Positions 39,433-49,134 of a stretch of 64,000 nucleotides of DNA are shown one piece after another. Below the pieces are notes generated by a model. The model did not search any database and was not told the origin of the DNA. It saw only the letters and a list, made by a program, of their open reading frames with translations. Made by a program: the position numbers and the translations under genes. This DNA comes from Coprothermobacterota bacterium (GTDB taxonomy: Bacteria; Coprothermobacterota; Coprothermobacteria; Coprothermobacterales; Coprothermobacteraceae): NCBI GenBank assembly GCA_036679065.1, contig JAZIGN010000001.1:1-64000 (forward strand), in the 5' to 3' direction. How positions within the stretch are numbered: the first letter of the stretch is position 1; the number at the start of each line of letters is the position of its first letter.

Positions 39433-39520
39433 TGGCGGAGGGGGTGGGACTCGAACCCACAAGGCCCTTCCGGGCCGCCGGATTTCAAGTCCGGTGCCTT
39501 ACCAGTTAGACTACCCCTCC
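39433..39520 (-). tRNA. tRNA-Ser(UGA)
   Basis: Acceptor GGAGGGG/CCCCTCC, anticodon arm CCGGA-CTTGAAA-TCCGG, long variable arm, G73, encoded CCA. Confidence 0.95.
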
Positions 39521-39596
39521 ATCTTATTATGGTTATCAAGGTATCCAATTACAGCAACATATATATTAGCATAGATAAAGCAACATCTGCAACTTG

Positions 39597-40220
39597 CTAA
39601 CTGTTACCTGCGGCAGCCTTCTTTTGTTCCCAAGGTAAAAAGGTTTTGTTTTCGCTTCCAGCCATGAGTCGGCGGATATTGTCCTTATGGCGCCACGTAA
39701 TGAAGAATGCTAGAAAAAGAAGTGCCCACGGGAAGAATGGTAATATGGCAAATGCAAAGATAAAGACGGACCAAATTCCCAGTATGGATCCTAAGGAAAC
39801 CCAGCGAGTGGGTAAGAAAGTCACCAGCCAAACCGCCACGAACATTAGCACCAATCTTATATCAAAGCCTAGTAAAGCTCCTACGCTTGTAGCAACACCT
39901 TTACCACCCTTAAACCTCAGAAACACGGAAAAACAGTGTCCGATTATGGGCGCTAAAAACAGTAGCCATTGCTGGAGAGGCGTCAGCCCTGAGAAATAGT
40001 GAAATGCCAAGTATGACGGTATAAAGCCTTTTGACAGATCTAGAAGTAAAGTCATGGCACCAAAGACTACGCCGAGTGCTCTGTAAACATTTGTGGTACC
40101 GATGTTCCCAGACCCAATTTTCCTGATATCAACGCCTTTACTTAAGGCGATCAAATAACCGAAGGGCATGGCACCATATAGATAAGCTCCTACTAGACCC
40201 AATAAGTAGTAGTAATTCAC
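39597..40220 (-). CDS. plsY: Glycerol-3-phosphate acyltransferase PlsY
   Basis: DIRKIGSGNIGTTN, GHCFSVF.RFKGGKGVAT, RHKDNIRRL; GTG 40220 after GAGGAGGTG. Confidence 0.95.
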   Translation of the reverse strand: MNYYYLLGLVGAYLYGAMPFGYLIALSKGVDIRKIGSGNIGTTNVYRALGVVFGAMTLLLDLSKGFIPSYLAFHYFSGLTPLQQWLLFLAPIIGHCFSVFLRFKGGKGVATSVGALLGFDIRLVLMFVAVWLVTFLPTRWVSLGSILGIWSVFIFAFAILPFFPWALLFLAFFITWRHKDNIRRLMAGSENKTFLPWEQKKAAAGNS

Positions 40221-40406
40221 TTTACACCTCCTCTTGTTCCATATGCCTGTAACTACGCTCCACGACACACGCAACTGTAGTCACATTAGCAAATAAGTTG
40301 TTTTTTACCGCATATCGCTTCATCCTATAATATTAGATGATTCCCCGTAGCATTATGTTACACTTTACCATAAAAGAAAACAGAAAAATACTAAGGCAAT
40401 GAGGCG

Positions 40407-41756
40407 GTGACCATGGTTAGAAAAAACGGCAATAAGCTTGCCTTCTTTTTACTGCTGGCAGTTTTACTTAGTGTGGCGCCAGCACTTAGTTACAGCAACC
40501 ACACGTTAGAGCTTTTTCCAAATAGCTCCACAGCTATTTTCGATGGGAAGAGCTACAAATTGACAGCATCACCAGTTTTGGTGCAGGGGCGCTTGCTGGT
40601 TCCAGTAAGGGACATTTCCGAACTCATAGGGGTAGATGTAAGGTGGGATAACCAAGCCAGAAAAGCGATTGTCACTTTTCCCTATGTTCCAGATTTGGTT
40701 TCGGAAAACCAAACACTAAGAGATAACCTGCAGGACAGTTTGTCGTATCTACAGGTTTTAGACAATCCTGAGATGCAGGCTTTGGTAACTACCATAAAGA
40801 CGATAAAAGAGGAGTATCTGTATCCTGAAAAGACATCCACGGTAGTTTACGCTGCCGCCAAAGGTGCAGTCAATAGCCTCCAAGACCCTTATTCCAGCTT
40901 TTATGATCCCAGTGAGGCAAAACAAATTCTCGAGGCACTTCAGGGTGCATTTGTAGGCATTGGGGTTTACCTACAGGAGTCAGCAAATGGTGTTGTTGTG
41001 GTTAAAGTGGTTCCCGGATCGCCTGCTCAGAAAGCAGGTATGCAAGCTGGGGATCTCATTATCAAGGTGGATGATGTAGATGTGTCATCAGCACCGCTAG
41101 AGGTTATAAGCTCGCTTCTTAAAGGCGAAGAGGGAACTTATGTGAAAGTCACCGTAAAGCGGGCTGATAAGACTTTAACGTTTACTATTCAAAGGCTTCG
41201 CATAGTGGTTCCCACTGTTTCATTAATCATGAATACTACTACCGTTGCTGTGCTCCAGATTGACCAATTCACTGAAACTACTCCTAGCGAATTTAGGCAA
41301 GTCATGGGTAGTGTTAAGGCTCCCAAACTTGTCATTGATTTAAGAGGGAACCCAGGTGGATTGGTGGAGTCGCTAGTAGATGTTGCTGGTATGCTCATGG
41401 GTACAAAACCAGTGTTTTTGTATCGTGATAACGAACAAACAACGGTAATCGATGCGGAGACGCCCCAGATTTATACTGGTAGACTGTATGTTCTGGTAGA
41501 CAAGTACTCTGCCAGCGCTGCAGAAATGCTTGCGGGAGCTCTGCAAGACAATAAAAGAGCCACCATTGTGGGTGAGCGGACATTCGGTAAGGGCGTGGGA
41601 CAAACACTTTTTGATCTTGAGGATGGGTCTTTACTGTATTTGACTACATTCGAATTCCGGACTCCAAATGGCAAAGTTATTAATAACTACGGTATAGACC
41701 CTGACATCAAAGTGGATCCGGCAACTGCGCTAGAGTATGTGCTTCGGCTTCCATAA
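40407..41756 (+). CDS. S41 family carboxyl-terminal protease with N-terminal copper-amine-oxidase-like (stalk) domain and PDZ domain
   Basis: Signal peptide; GRLLVPVR..ELIG..V.WD; GIGV PDZ; DLRGNPGG, SASAAE, TFGKG. Confidence 0.9.
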   Translation: MTMVRKNGNKLAFFLLLAVLLSVAPALSYSNHTLELFPNSSTAIFDGKSYKLTASPVLVQGRLLVPVRDISELIGVDVRWDNQARKAIVTFPYVPDLVSENQTLRDNLQDSLSYLQVLDNPEMQALVTTIKTIKEEYLYPEKTSTVVYAAAKGAVNSLQDPYSSFYDPSEAKQILEALQGAFVGIGVYLQESANGVVVVKVVPGSPAQKAGMQAGDLIIKVDDVDVSSAPLEVISSLLKGEEGTYVKVTVKRADKTLTFTIQRLRIVVPTVSLIMNTTTVAVLQIDQFTETTPSEFRQVMGSVKAPKLVIDLRGNPGGLVESLVDVAGMLMGTKPVFLYRDNEQTTVIDAETPQIYTGRLYVLVDKYSASAAEMLAGALQDNKRATIVGERTFGKGVGQTLFDLEDGSLLYLTTFEFRTPNGKVINNYGIDPDIKVDPATALEYVLRLP

Positions 41757-41825
41757 GATGGGCTATATAATTAGACCTAAGGGGTGCATATACAACACAC
41801 GTGCCCTATGGATGGAGGTGCACTG

Positions 41826-42589
41826 ATGAAAAGGACGTTTGTCTTGTTATTAGTGGTGGGGCTATCTTGTTGGGGTGTAGCAGTCAACAGTCTGCCAACA
41901 CTTTAGTAGTTGGCACAGCGGCTGACTTTCCTCCTTTGGAATTCATTGACGAAAATGGTAACTTTGCTGGCTTTGATATTGAGCTAATGAATGCTATTGC
42001 TGAGAAGATTGGGTATGAGGTGAAGTGGGAGAATGCTGATTTTGCCGGTTTAGTAGCTTCTTTGCAGACAGGTAAGTATGATGCTGTCATTTCTGCAATG
42101 ACTATTACAGCTTCACGGCAGGAAGAAGTGGATTTCTCGAGACCCTACTTTAGGTCTGATCAAGCTGTGGTAGTCCAGGAAAGCAACGTGGGCATTTTAA
42201 GTAGGGAAGATCTTGCTGACAAAACGATCGGGGTTCAGCTTGGTACCACCGGAGAGCTGCTTGCTCGGGAGTTAGTTTCTGATAAGGGGGGAGTATATAC
42301 CTACGAGAGTCCTGACCAAGCCTTCTTAGACTTGAATACGGGTCGTCTAGATGCAGTAGTTAATGATCTACCTGTTAGTAGTTATTTTTTGTTGAGGAAC
42401 CCTAATCTTCCGCTTAAGGTTGCATTCACAATTGAAACAGAGGAGTATTATGGCATTGCAGTCAAGAAGGGTAACACGGAACTCGTAGAGAAAATTAACA
42501 ATGCCCTTATACAACTAAAGGAGGAGGGCAAGTATGCTGAGCTCTACCAAAAATGGTTTGAAACGGAGCCGCCTGCTGACATCCCGTAA
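41826..42589 (+). pseudogene. Polar amino acid ABC transporter substrate-binding lipoprotein, frameshifted in the signal peptide
   Basis: GGAGGTG-ATG 41826 gives MKRTFVLLLVVG, but the lipobox LLGC and body (DFPPLEF, GFDIEL, GVQLGTTG) are in another frame; junction at the G4 run 41858-41861. Confidence 0.7.
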
Positions 42590-42660
42590 ACAGATTGTTC
42601 TTTACCTGTACAACGCAGGAGCGTGAAGTCTTTAACTAAGAAAGCTATCAAGGAAAGAGG

Positions 42661-43317
42661 GTGCTTATGGACTTTCGGTGGGAGTTGTTAGTGACAATTT
42701 TTCCCATTTTGTGGTCGGGCTTTTTAACCACACTGGGACTTACATTGTCTTCGCTACTAGTGGGGTTGGTATTTGGCTTAATACTAGCGCTCATGAAGAT
42801 TTCCACAAATTGGATACTTAAGGGAATTTCCATTGCTTACATTGAGCTGATAAGAGGAACTCCGGCACTGATGCAGATAATGTTGGTCTATTTTGGCTTG
42901 CCTGCCTTGGGCCTCAATATTGACCGGTTAACTGCGGCAGTGGTCGCTTTGGGGTTAAATAGTGCTGCTTACTCAGGTGAGATTTTTAGAGCAGGCATTG
43001 AATCCATTGACAGGGGACAAATGGAGGCTGCCAGGGCTATAGGTATGACTGGAAGCATGGCTATGAGGCTCATCGTTTTGCCTCAGGCTTTTCGTGTGGT
43101 AATTCCTCCTTTGGTTAATGAGTTTGTGGCTCTACTCAAGGACACGTCCTTGGTTTCAGTCATAGGAGTGGCTGACCTCATGCTCAGAAGCAGAAATATG
43201 ATTTCTTACACAGCTAACGTGTTTACGCCGTTGCTTGGTGCTTCTATTCTGTACTTATTAGCTACTATACCAGGATCTCAGCTTTCTGCCTACTTGGAGA
43301 GGAGGTTCAAGTTCTAG
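42661..43317 (+). CDS. Amino acid ABC transporter permease (HisM/GlnP type)
   Basis: IRGTP, SAAYSGEIFRAG, GQMEAA, LKDTSL. Confidence 0.93.
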   Translation: MLMDFRWELLVTIFPILWSGFLTTLGLTLSSLLVGLVFGLILALMKISTNWILKGISIAYIELIRGTPALMQIMLVYFGLPALGLNIDRLTAAVVALGLNSAAYSGEIFRAGIESIDRGQMEAARAIGMTGSMAMRLIVLPQAFRVVIPPLVNEFVALLKDTSLVSVIGVADLMLRSRNMISYTANVFTPLLGASILYLLATIPGSQLSAYLERRFKF

Positions 43318-43319
43318 AA

Positions 43320-44058
43320 ATGATGCCTATTTTGGAAGCTAAAAACATTGTGAAACGTTTTGGCAAGCATGAGGTTCTAAAAGGGGTAAGTTTGGCTATT
43401 CACCAAAAAGAGATTGTTGTCATCATGGGACCTTCAGGTGGCGGTAAGACTACGCTACTTAGGACGTTAAACCTGCTCGAGGAACCCTCAGATGGTGAGA
43501 TTTATTTTAGGGGAAAGAAAATTGATCCAAGGAGCCGTGATGCCAACGAACTAAGAAAAAAGGTGTCCATGGTTTTTCAGCTTTTCAACCTGTTTAATCA
43601 TCTTAACGTGCTTCAAAATGTAACCATTGGACCCATAAAAGTTTTAGGCAAATCACCCCAAGAAGCAGAAGCCCAAGCCATGGAACTTACATCGGGTTGG
43701 CTTGGCTGAAAAAGCAAAAGCTCTGCCTTCGTCCTTGTCGGGTGGCCAAAAACAAAGAGTTGCTATTGCCAGAGCACTTGCCATGGAGCCGGATGTGATT
43801 TTGTTTGATGAGCCTACCTCCGCCCTGGACCCTGAATACACCAAAGAAGTTTTGGATGTAATGAAGGAATTAGCTGAAGAAGGCATGACCATGGTAGTGG
43901 CCACCCATGAAATGGGTTTTGCTAAGGAAGTGAGTACTCGAATAGTGTTCTTAGAGGACGGCCGTGTAATTGAGGATACCGATGCGCATAAATTCTTCGT
44001 TGAAGGCCCGCAAACGGAGAGAGCAAGGCAGTTCCTTTCAAAAATCTTAAAAGCATAA
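43320..44058 (+). pseudogene. Amino acid ABC transporter ATP-binding protein (GlnQ type), split by a frameshift near 43686-43689
   Basis: Walker A GPSGGGKT in ORF 43320-43709; [14 protein letters not shown] and THEM in ORF 43702-44058; the alternative frame reads HRVGLAEKA across the break. Confidence 0.8.
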
Positions 44059-44122
44059 GATATTCTTTAAGCGCATGTTATAATGATTTTGTCCTACGAT
44101 TAAGCAAGGAGGTAGACTAGAC

Positions 44123-45343
44123 ATGGAACCTAAAGACTTTATCAGCAAAAGGGGAGCAAGTTTAAAACCGTCAGCTATTAGGGAAATATTCAAGTACTCA
44201 GGCGACCCGAGTTTCATTTCTTTCGCAGGTGGTTATCCAGACCCAGACGTTTTTCCTGTGGAAGAGTTAAAAGAAGTTTCAGTGGAAGCACTAGATAAGT
44301 ACGCCAAGAAGGCTTTGCAGTACAGTGCTACTGAAGGTGTACCAGAGCTTCGCCAGTACTTGGTGAAGTTCATGGAGGAAGAGGAAAACGTAAAAGGGCT
44401 TGGTGAAGAGAACATCATCATTACCACTGCTAGCCAACAATCGCTGTTCTTAGTGGGTTTGGTTCTTATTGACCCCGGTGATGTGGTCATGGTAGAAGCT
44501 CCAACGTACCTTGGAGCACTATCGGCTTTCGATCCGTTTGAGCCCGATTACGTTTCGGTGCCCACCGATGACGACGGCATCATCCCTGAAAAACTAGAAG
44601 AAATGGTAATTGACCTAAAGAAGAAGGGGAAGAAAGTCAAATTCCTCTATGTCATACCCACATTCCAAAACCCTGCTGGTTACACGCTCAGTTTGGAAAG
44701 AAGAAAGCGTATAGTAGAGATTGCCGAGGAGCAGGATTTCCTCATTGTGGAAGACGACCCCTACAGCTACTTGGTGTATGAGGGCGAAAGGCCACCCTGC
44801 GTAAAGTCTTTTGATAATAGCGACCATGTGATTTACCTCAGCACATTCTCGAAGACCTTTGTGCCCGGATTCCGTCTTGGCTGGATTGTAGCTCACAAAG
44901 ACATCATTCGCAGAATTGCCATTTCAAAGCAGGCAGCGGACTTGTGCACCGGTGCTTACATGCAGTACATAACCTATCTTTACATGCAGAAAGGTCATTT
45001 CATGAAACACATTGAAGCCATGAGAGACATTTACAAGGTAAAACATGCAGCCATGTTAGAAGCACTGGACAAGTACATGTCTGATATTCCCGGCGTTTAC
45101 TGGAGTAAGCCGAAAGGTGGATTTTTCGTGTGGCTAGTCCTTCCAGAAACAGTGGACTGTGACCAATTGTTTGACAAAGCCATTGAGCACAAGGTTGTTT
45201 ACGTGAGAGGTTCAGCTTTCTTCGCAGATGGGCAAGGGAAGAACACCGCACGTTTGAACTTTAGCCAACCCAAAGTTGAAGACATCGACAAGGGAATCAA
45301 AATACTTGCAGATGTAATCAAGGAAACAATGGGCGTTAAGTAG
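44123..45343 (+). CDS. PLP-dependent aminotransferase class I/II (LysN/aromatic type)
   Basis: ISFAGGYP, PTFQNPAG, EDDPY, STFSKTFVPGFRLGW, RLNFS. Confidence 0.93.
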   Translation: MEPKDFISKRGASLKPSAIREIFKYSGDPSFISFAGGYPDPDVFPVEELKEVSVEALDKYAKKALQYSATEGVPELRQYLVKFMEEEENVKGLGEENIIITTASQQSLFLVGLVLIDPGDVVMVEAPTYLGALSAFDPFEPDYVSVPTDDDGIIPEKLEEMVIDLKKKGKKVKFLYVIPTFQNPAGYTLSLERRKRIVEIAEEQDFLIVEDDPYSYLVYEGERPPCVKSFDNSDHVIYLSTFSKTFVPGFRLGWIVAHKDIIRRIAISKQAADLCTGAYMQYITYLYMQKGHFMKHIEAMRDIYKVKHAAMLEALDKYMSDIPGVYWSKPKGGFFVWLVLPETVDCDQLFDKAIEHKVVYVRGSAFFADGQGKNTARLNFSQPKVEDIDKGIKILADVIKETMGVK

Positions 45344-45398
45344 TCTAGACAACAGGAAAATTACTTAAATATTTCTCTCTCTTTTCTCTTTCTTTTTG

Positions 45399-45428
45399 AG
45401 GCCCCGCAAGGCGGGGCCTTGTTGTTTC
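45399..45428 (+). terminator. Intrinsic terminator after the aminotransferase
   Basis: AGGCCCCGC-AAG-GCGGGGCCT followed by TGTTGTTT. Confidence 0.75.
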
Positions 45429-45517
45429 GTCCTTGTACTTGTGAAGGCTGCTTAATTCAGCTGACGTGATTTCTTCGCTGCTATGCCTTAGGTGAGGGCT
45501 ATGCTCTTGGCTCCTGA

Positions 45518-45632
45518 TTACCGCTGGGAAGCTTCAAGTAAACAGAGAACGTTGCCGATGCTGCGTTATTCTTGGCATCAGATTTGTCTGCTTATATTCT
45601 CATCAGGGATGCTGTGTTACCGGTGGTTGGAC
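45518..45632 (+). pseudogene. Relic of the C-terminus of a short-chain dehydrogenase/reductase (FabG-like)
   Basis: Frame reads LPLGSFK*TENVADAALFLASDLSAYILIRDAVLPVVG, matching SDR PLGR.G.PEDVA.AALFLASD.S.YITG..L.VDGG, with an in-frame TAA. Confidence 0.7.
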
Positions 45633-45722
45633 CATGGCTTAGCCACTCGAGGTCAACCTGCTGAGGTGTTTCTAGCACCTAACCTGCCTAGCCCGCTCGT
45701 GCACCGTTGTGGTTGGTTCTTT

Positions 45723-46352
45723 TTAATTTAGGTCTGCCTGTACGCCAGTGGTAAGCATTGTGGTGTATTCGCAAATGTTTGTTACATAGTCTCCCATGCG
45801 CTCTAAATGCTTTGCTGCCAGCATCAGATCTATGGTTTCCTCAAGTTTTAGGTTTTCCTGACCACTTCTTAGCCTTTTCTTCAAATCAGCGTAAATGGTA
45901 TCTAGTACGTCGTCTTTCTTGGCAACTTGCTTTGCTATCTCAGGATCACGATTTATGAAAGCATCAATGGCTTCGTCGAGCATTTCTATAACTATTTCAC
46001 CCATGCGCTTGAAGGTAAGTGCGTAAAAATCATAGCTTTCACTGGGGACTGTGGGATCAATTGCAATGCGAGCCACATTCATGGAATGGTCAACTAGCCT
46101 TTCAATGTCCTGGGCTATCTTACCTATGATAATCACTGATGCGATGTCGTCTGGGCATTCCATTGCTACTTGTAGAACCGTTTCCTGAATGTCTTTGTTC
46201 AGTTCATCTACTTTTTGGTCAAGCGCCAGCACTGCATTGGCATTAGCGGGACTTTTCCTTTCAACCGCATCTAATACCGCCCTACAGGTGTCACGAGCCA
46301 AGGAAGAAAGATAAATTAAACGTTCTTCAAGTAATTTGGTCGTTGACTTCAC
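45723..46352 (-). CDS. phoU: Phosphate signalling protein PhoU
   Basis: Two repeats DIERLVDHSMNVA and HLERMGDYVTNICE; downstream of a phoBR-like pair. Confidence 0.92.
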   Translation of the reverse strand: MKSTTKLLEERLIYLSSLARDTCRAVLDAVERKSPANANAVLALDQKVDELNKDIQETVLQVAMECPDDIASVIIIGKIAQDIERLVDHSMNVARIAIDPTVPSESYDFYALTFKRMGEIVIEMLDEAIDAFINRDPEIAKQVAKKDDVLDTIYADLKKRLRSGQENLKLEETIDLMLAAKHLERMGDYVTNICEYTTMLTTGVQADLN

Positions 46353-46388
46353 AAAGAAGATTATACCTCCACTTGCACTACCTATTTG

Positions 46389-47462
46389 TTAAGCCTTTCT
46401 AAGGGCAACATTTACTTTCAAACCATGAGGTTCGTTGGGTTCCAACCACAACCTACCGTCATGAAATTTAACTACTTCCAAAGCAATGCCGAGACCAAGA
46501 CCTAGCCCATCTGCCTTATTAGTGGCCCTATAGAAATCTTGGAACACTTTTTCTCGCTGTTCCTCTGGAATTCCTTCTCCTTCGTCGGCAACTGTTATTA
46601 AGACGTTTTCTTCTTGTTCCTGCAGGGTAACAGTTATTTTTGTCTTTTCAGGGCTGTACTTTAAGGCATTATCTAACAAGTTTAAGAAGAGGGATTTTAA
46701 CAGACTTTTACTTCCCTCTACGAATATGCTGTGACTTGGTATCTCTGCTTCAATGGAAACTCTCTTGTTGTCAGCAAGCACACTCATCTGCCAAATGACT
46801 TCACTGAGCAAATTAACTATGTTTACCTTATCCATGCGATCCACCAAGCCACGATCCATCTTGATTAAAAGTGCTAAATCGCTGGTCAGCTGATTCAACC
46901 TGTCCATCTCGTCTATGATGCGTGTGGTAAGATCTTTTCGCTGCACAGGGTCTTCTTCCTCCTCCAGAAGCTCTAGCATGAGCCGAACCGAACTCAAAGG
47001 TGTTTTAAGTTCGTGGAGCATTTTTTGGTAAAGTTCAACGTCTTCTTTTGTGCTTCCGTGGGTGCATTCTTCAATGGTTCCGATGATCTCACCGTTTGTT
47101 TTCTTAAGGATCATGTAATAGGATCTTTTTTCGGCCGATGGTGTCAAGTAAAAAGGCGTTGACGCAGTACCTTCTTTCTTGCAGGTTTGTAGTGCATCGA
47201 TGACTTTGTGGTCCCTGAAGACCTCATAAAGAAATCTTTCCAGAGGGGTCTTACCCACTAAGGATTCGAAGAGCCCATTGTATCTGATTATCCTAAAATC
47301 ATCGTCCAGCACGAAGACAGGTACGGGTAAGTTTTCCAATAGGTCTTTAGCCATGTTCTCTTCGCTTCGTCTATCCTGTGTGGAGACCGTTTGGAACAAC
47401 ACCACTACAGAAGCAAGAGCACATAGGACAACTACTAGAAGAGCAAGATCGGCACCACCCAT
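46389..47462 (-). CDS. phoR: Sensor histidine kinase (PhoR-like, single TM plus PAS)
   Basis: HELKTPL, NLLDNALKYS, DEGEGI, GLGLGL; context. Confidence 0.8.
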   Translation of the reverse strand: MGGADLALLVVVLCALASVVVLFQTVSTQDRRSEENMAKDLLENLPVPVFVLDDDFRIIRYNGLFESLVGKTPLERFLYEVFRDHKVIDALQTCKKEGTASTPFYLTPSAEKRSYYMILKKTNGEIIGTIEECTHGSTKEDVELYQKMLHELKTPLSSVRLMLELLEEEEDPVQRKDLTTRIIDEMDRLNQLTSDLALLIKMDRGLVDRMDKVNIVNLLSEVIWQMSVLADNKRVSIEAEIPSHSIFVEGSKSLLKSLFLNLLDNALKYSPEKTKITVTLQEQEENVLITVADEGEGIPEEQREKVFQDFYRATNKADGLGLGLGIALEVVKFHDGRLWLEPNEPHGLKVNVALRKA

Positions 47463-47466
47463 GCGA

Positions 47467-48177
47467 CTATTCCTTCCTTACGTCGCCGTTAAACTTGTAT
47501 CCCACACCTCTCACAGTCAGTATGTATTTAGGTTCGTTCGGGTTGGGTTCAATTTTGTCTCTGAGCCACTTAATATGAACGTCCAAAGTGCGCTTATCTC
47601 CATAGTAGTCAGCACCCCAGATTTCATTTAGCAAATACTCCCGGGTTAACACTTCACCGGCTCTTGACATGAGTATGCGCAAAAGCTCAAACTGTTTTTT
47701 GGGTAGCAAGTATGACCGGTTGTTCACTCTCAGCTCATGGCCGCGTAAGTCCAGGGCAATATCGTCGCAAACCAGTCTTCTTTGTCCCACTGTTTTTTTC
47801 ATGCCATAAGTACGTCTAAGCACTGCCCTGACTCTGGCCACTAACTCGGGCAAGCTGAAAGGTTTTGTGATGTAGTCGTCAGCGCCAAGTTCCAATCCCA
47901 GAATTCGGTCTACTTCCTCTTCACGTGCTGTAACTACAATTATGGGTGTGTCATACTGGCTTCTTATCTCCTTAAGTATTTCCTTGCCATCTACCAAGGG
48001 TAGCATTAGGTCAAGTAAGACTAAGTTTGGCTGGTGTGCATAGAACTTTTCTAAAGCTTCTTTGCCGTTCATTGCCTTAATGACTTTAAAGCCTTCTTTG
48101 GTAAGCTTTCGTTCGATGGCGTCCAGAATGTTTCGGTCGTCCTCCACGACTAGAATAGTTTCTGATTGGTTCTCCAT
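47467..48177 (-). CDS. phoB: OmpR/PhoB-family response regulator
   Basis: VVEDD, LLDLMLP, GADDYITKPF, RTLDVHIKWLRDKIE, TVRGVGY. Confidence 0.82.
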   Translation of the reverse strand: MENQSETILVVEDDRNILDAIERKLTKEGFKVIKAMNGKEALEKFYAHQPNLVLLDLMLPLVDGKEILKEIRSQYDTPIIVVTAREEEVDRILGLELGADDYITKPFSLPELVARVRAVLRRTYGMKKTVGQRRLVCDDIALDLRGHELRVNNRSYLLPKKQFELLRILMSRAGEVLTREYLLNEIWGADYYGDKRTLDVHIKWLRDKIEPNPNEPKYILTVRGVGYKFNGDVRKE

Positions 48178-48285
48178 CTTAGTACCACCACCTTCTTCTT
48201 AATAATGTTAACTTAACAGTGTTAAAAATGCAACAGAATACCGAACAACCTGTTATAAAATGAAACAAAGTGGGGTGGTTAAAAC

Positions 48286-49023
48286 ATGCTGTCGGATTAT
48301 GAGGCAGTAGCGAAACTATTGGAAAACTCAGGACATGCCGTTGTTCTTACTGGTGCTGGCATAAGCACTGAGAGCGGTATACCCGATTACAGGGGTCCTC
48401 AAGGGCTCTGGAGAAAATATGATCCCATAAAGTATGTGAGCAGATCCACCTTTGAAACAGATCCCAAGACGTTTTGGGAGTTCAATTTACCCATGTGGAT
48501 GCAGTACAAAGCAGCAAAGCCCAATAAAGCTCATTTCCTCGTTGCTGAGTTGGAAAGGCTTGGATTCATAAAGGCGGTAATCACACAAAACATTGATGGA
48601 CTTCACAAGAGGGCTGGCAGCAAGAATGTGTACGAAGTCCATGGCAACCTTGAGACAGTTTCTTGTTTGCGATGCCATAAGGAATATCCTTTGGAAGAAG
48701 CTTGGAAGCAATTCAACGACGGTAACATACCTCAATGCAGCTGCGGAGGATTATTACGTCCCAATGTGGTTCTTTTCGAAGATCCCATGCCCGATACGTT
48801 TTTCCAAGCAGTCAGGGAAGTAGAATCAAGCGATCTAATGATAGTTATGGGAAGTAGTCTTGAGGTGTATCCCGTAGCCCAGCTGCCTGCCATGGTTCCT
48901 AAATTGGTGGTCGTGAATCTGCTACCAACCCCTTATGACGACAGGGCAGAGTACGTTTTCCACGAAAGTACTGGAGAATTCTCTGAAAAGTTGACCTCTG
49001 TCTTGGGTATCAAGTTACCTTGA
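48286..49023 (+). CDS. cobB: NAD-dependent protein deacylase (sirtuin)
   Basis: TGAGISTESGIPDYR, TQNIDGLH, EVHG, CxxC..CxC, GSSL.VYP. Confidence 0.93.
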   Translation: MLSDYEAVAKLLENSGHAVVLTGAGISTESGIPDYRGPQGLWRKYDPIKYVSRSTFETDPKTFWEFNLPMWMQYKAAKPNKAHFLVAELERLGFIKAVITQNIDGLHKRAGSKNVYEVHGNLETVSCLRCHKEYPLEEAWKQFNDGNIPQCSCGGLLRPNVVLFEDPMPDTFFQAVREVESSDLMIVMGSSLEVYPVAQLPAMVPKLVVVNLLPTPYDDRAEYVFHESTGEFSEKLTSVLGIKLP

Positions 49024-49134
49024 AGAAAGATATGTGTGCATTGCACATGTGGCATGTAAAGAGGGTAAAATTACCAAGTAATGCCAATTCTGGGTTATCT
49101 TGTTTTTTAATCAATGATTGATTAGGAGGTTAAT

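Noticed and set aside
39433..39520. Possible selenocysteine tRNA (TCA visible on the plus strand)
   Set aside because: The gene is on the minus strand, the anticodon is UGA (Ser), and the acceptor stem is a normal 7 bp
45492..45731. 79-aa plus-strand ORF
   Set aside because: Off-frame reading of the SDR relic with no protein-like features
48286..49023. Sir2-HerA anti-phage system
   Set aside because: The sirtuin is a canonical Zn-binding CobB-type deacylase 30 kb from herA, which is paired with NurA
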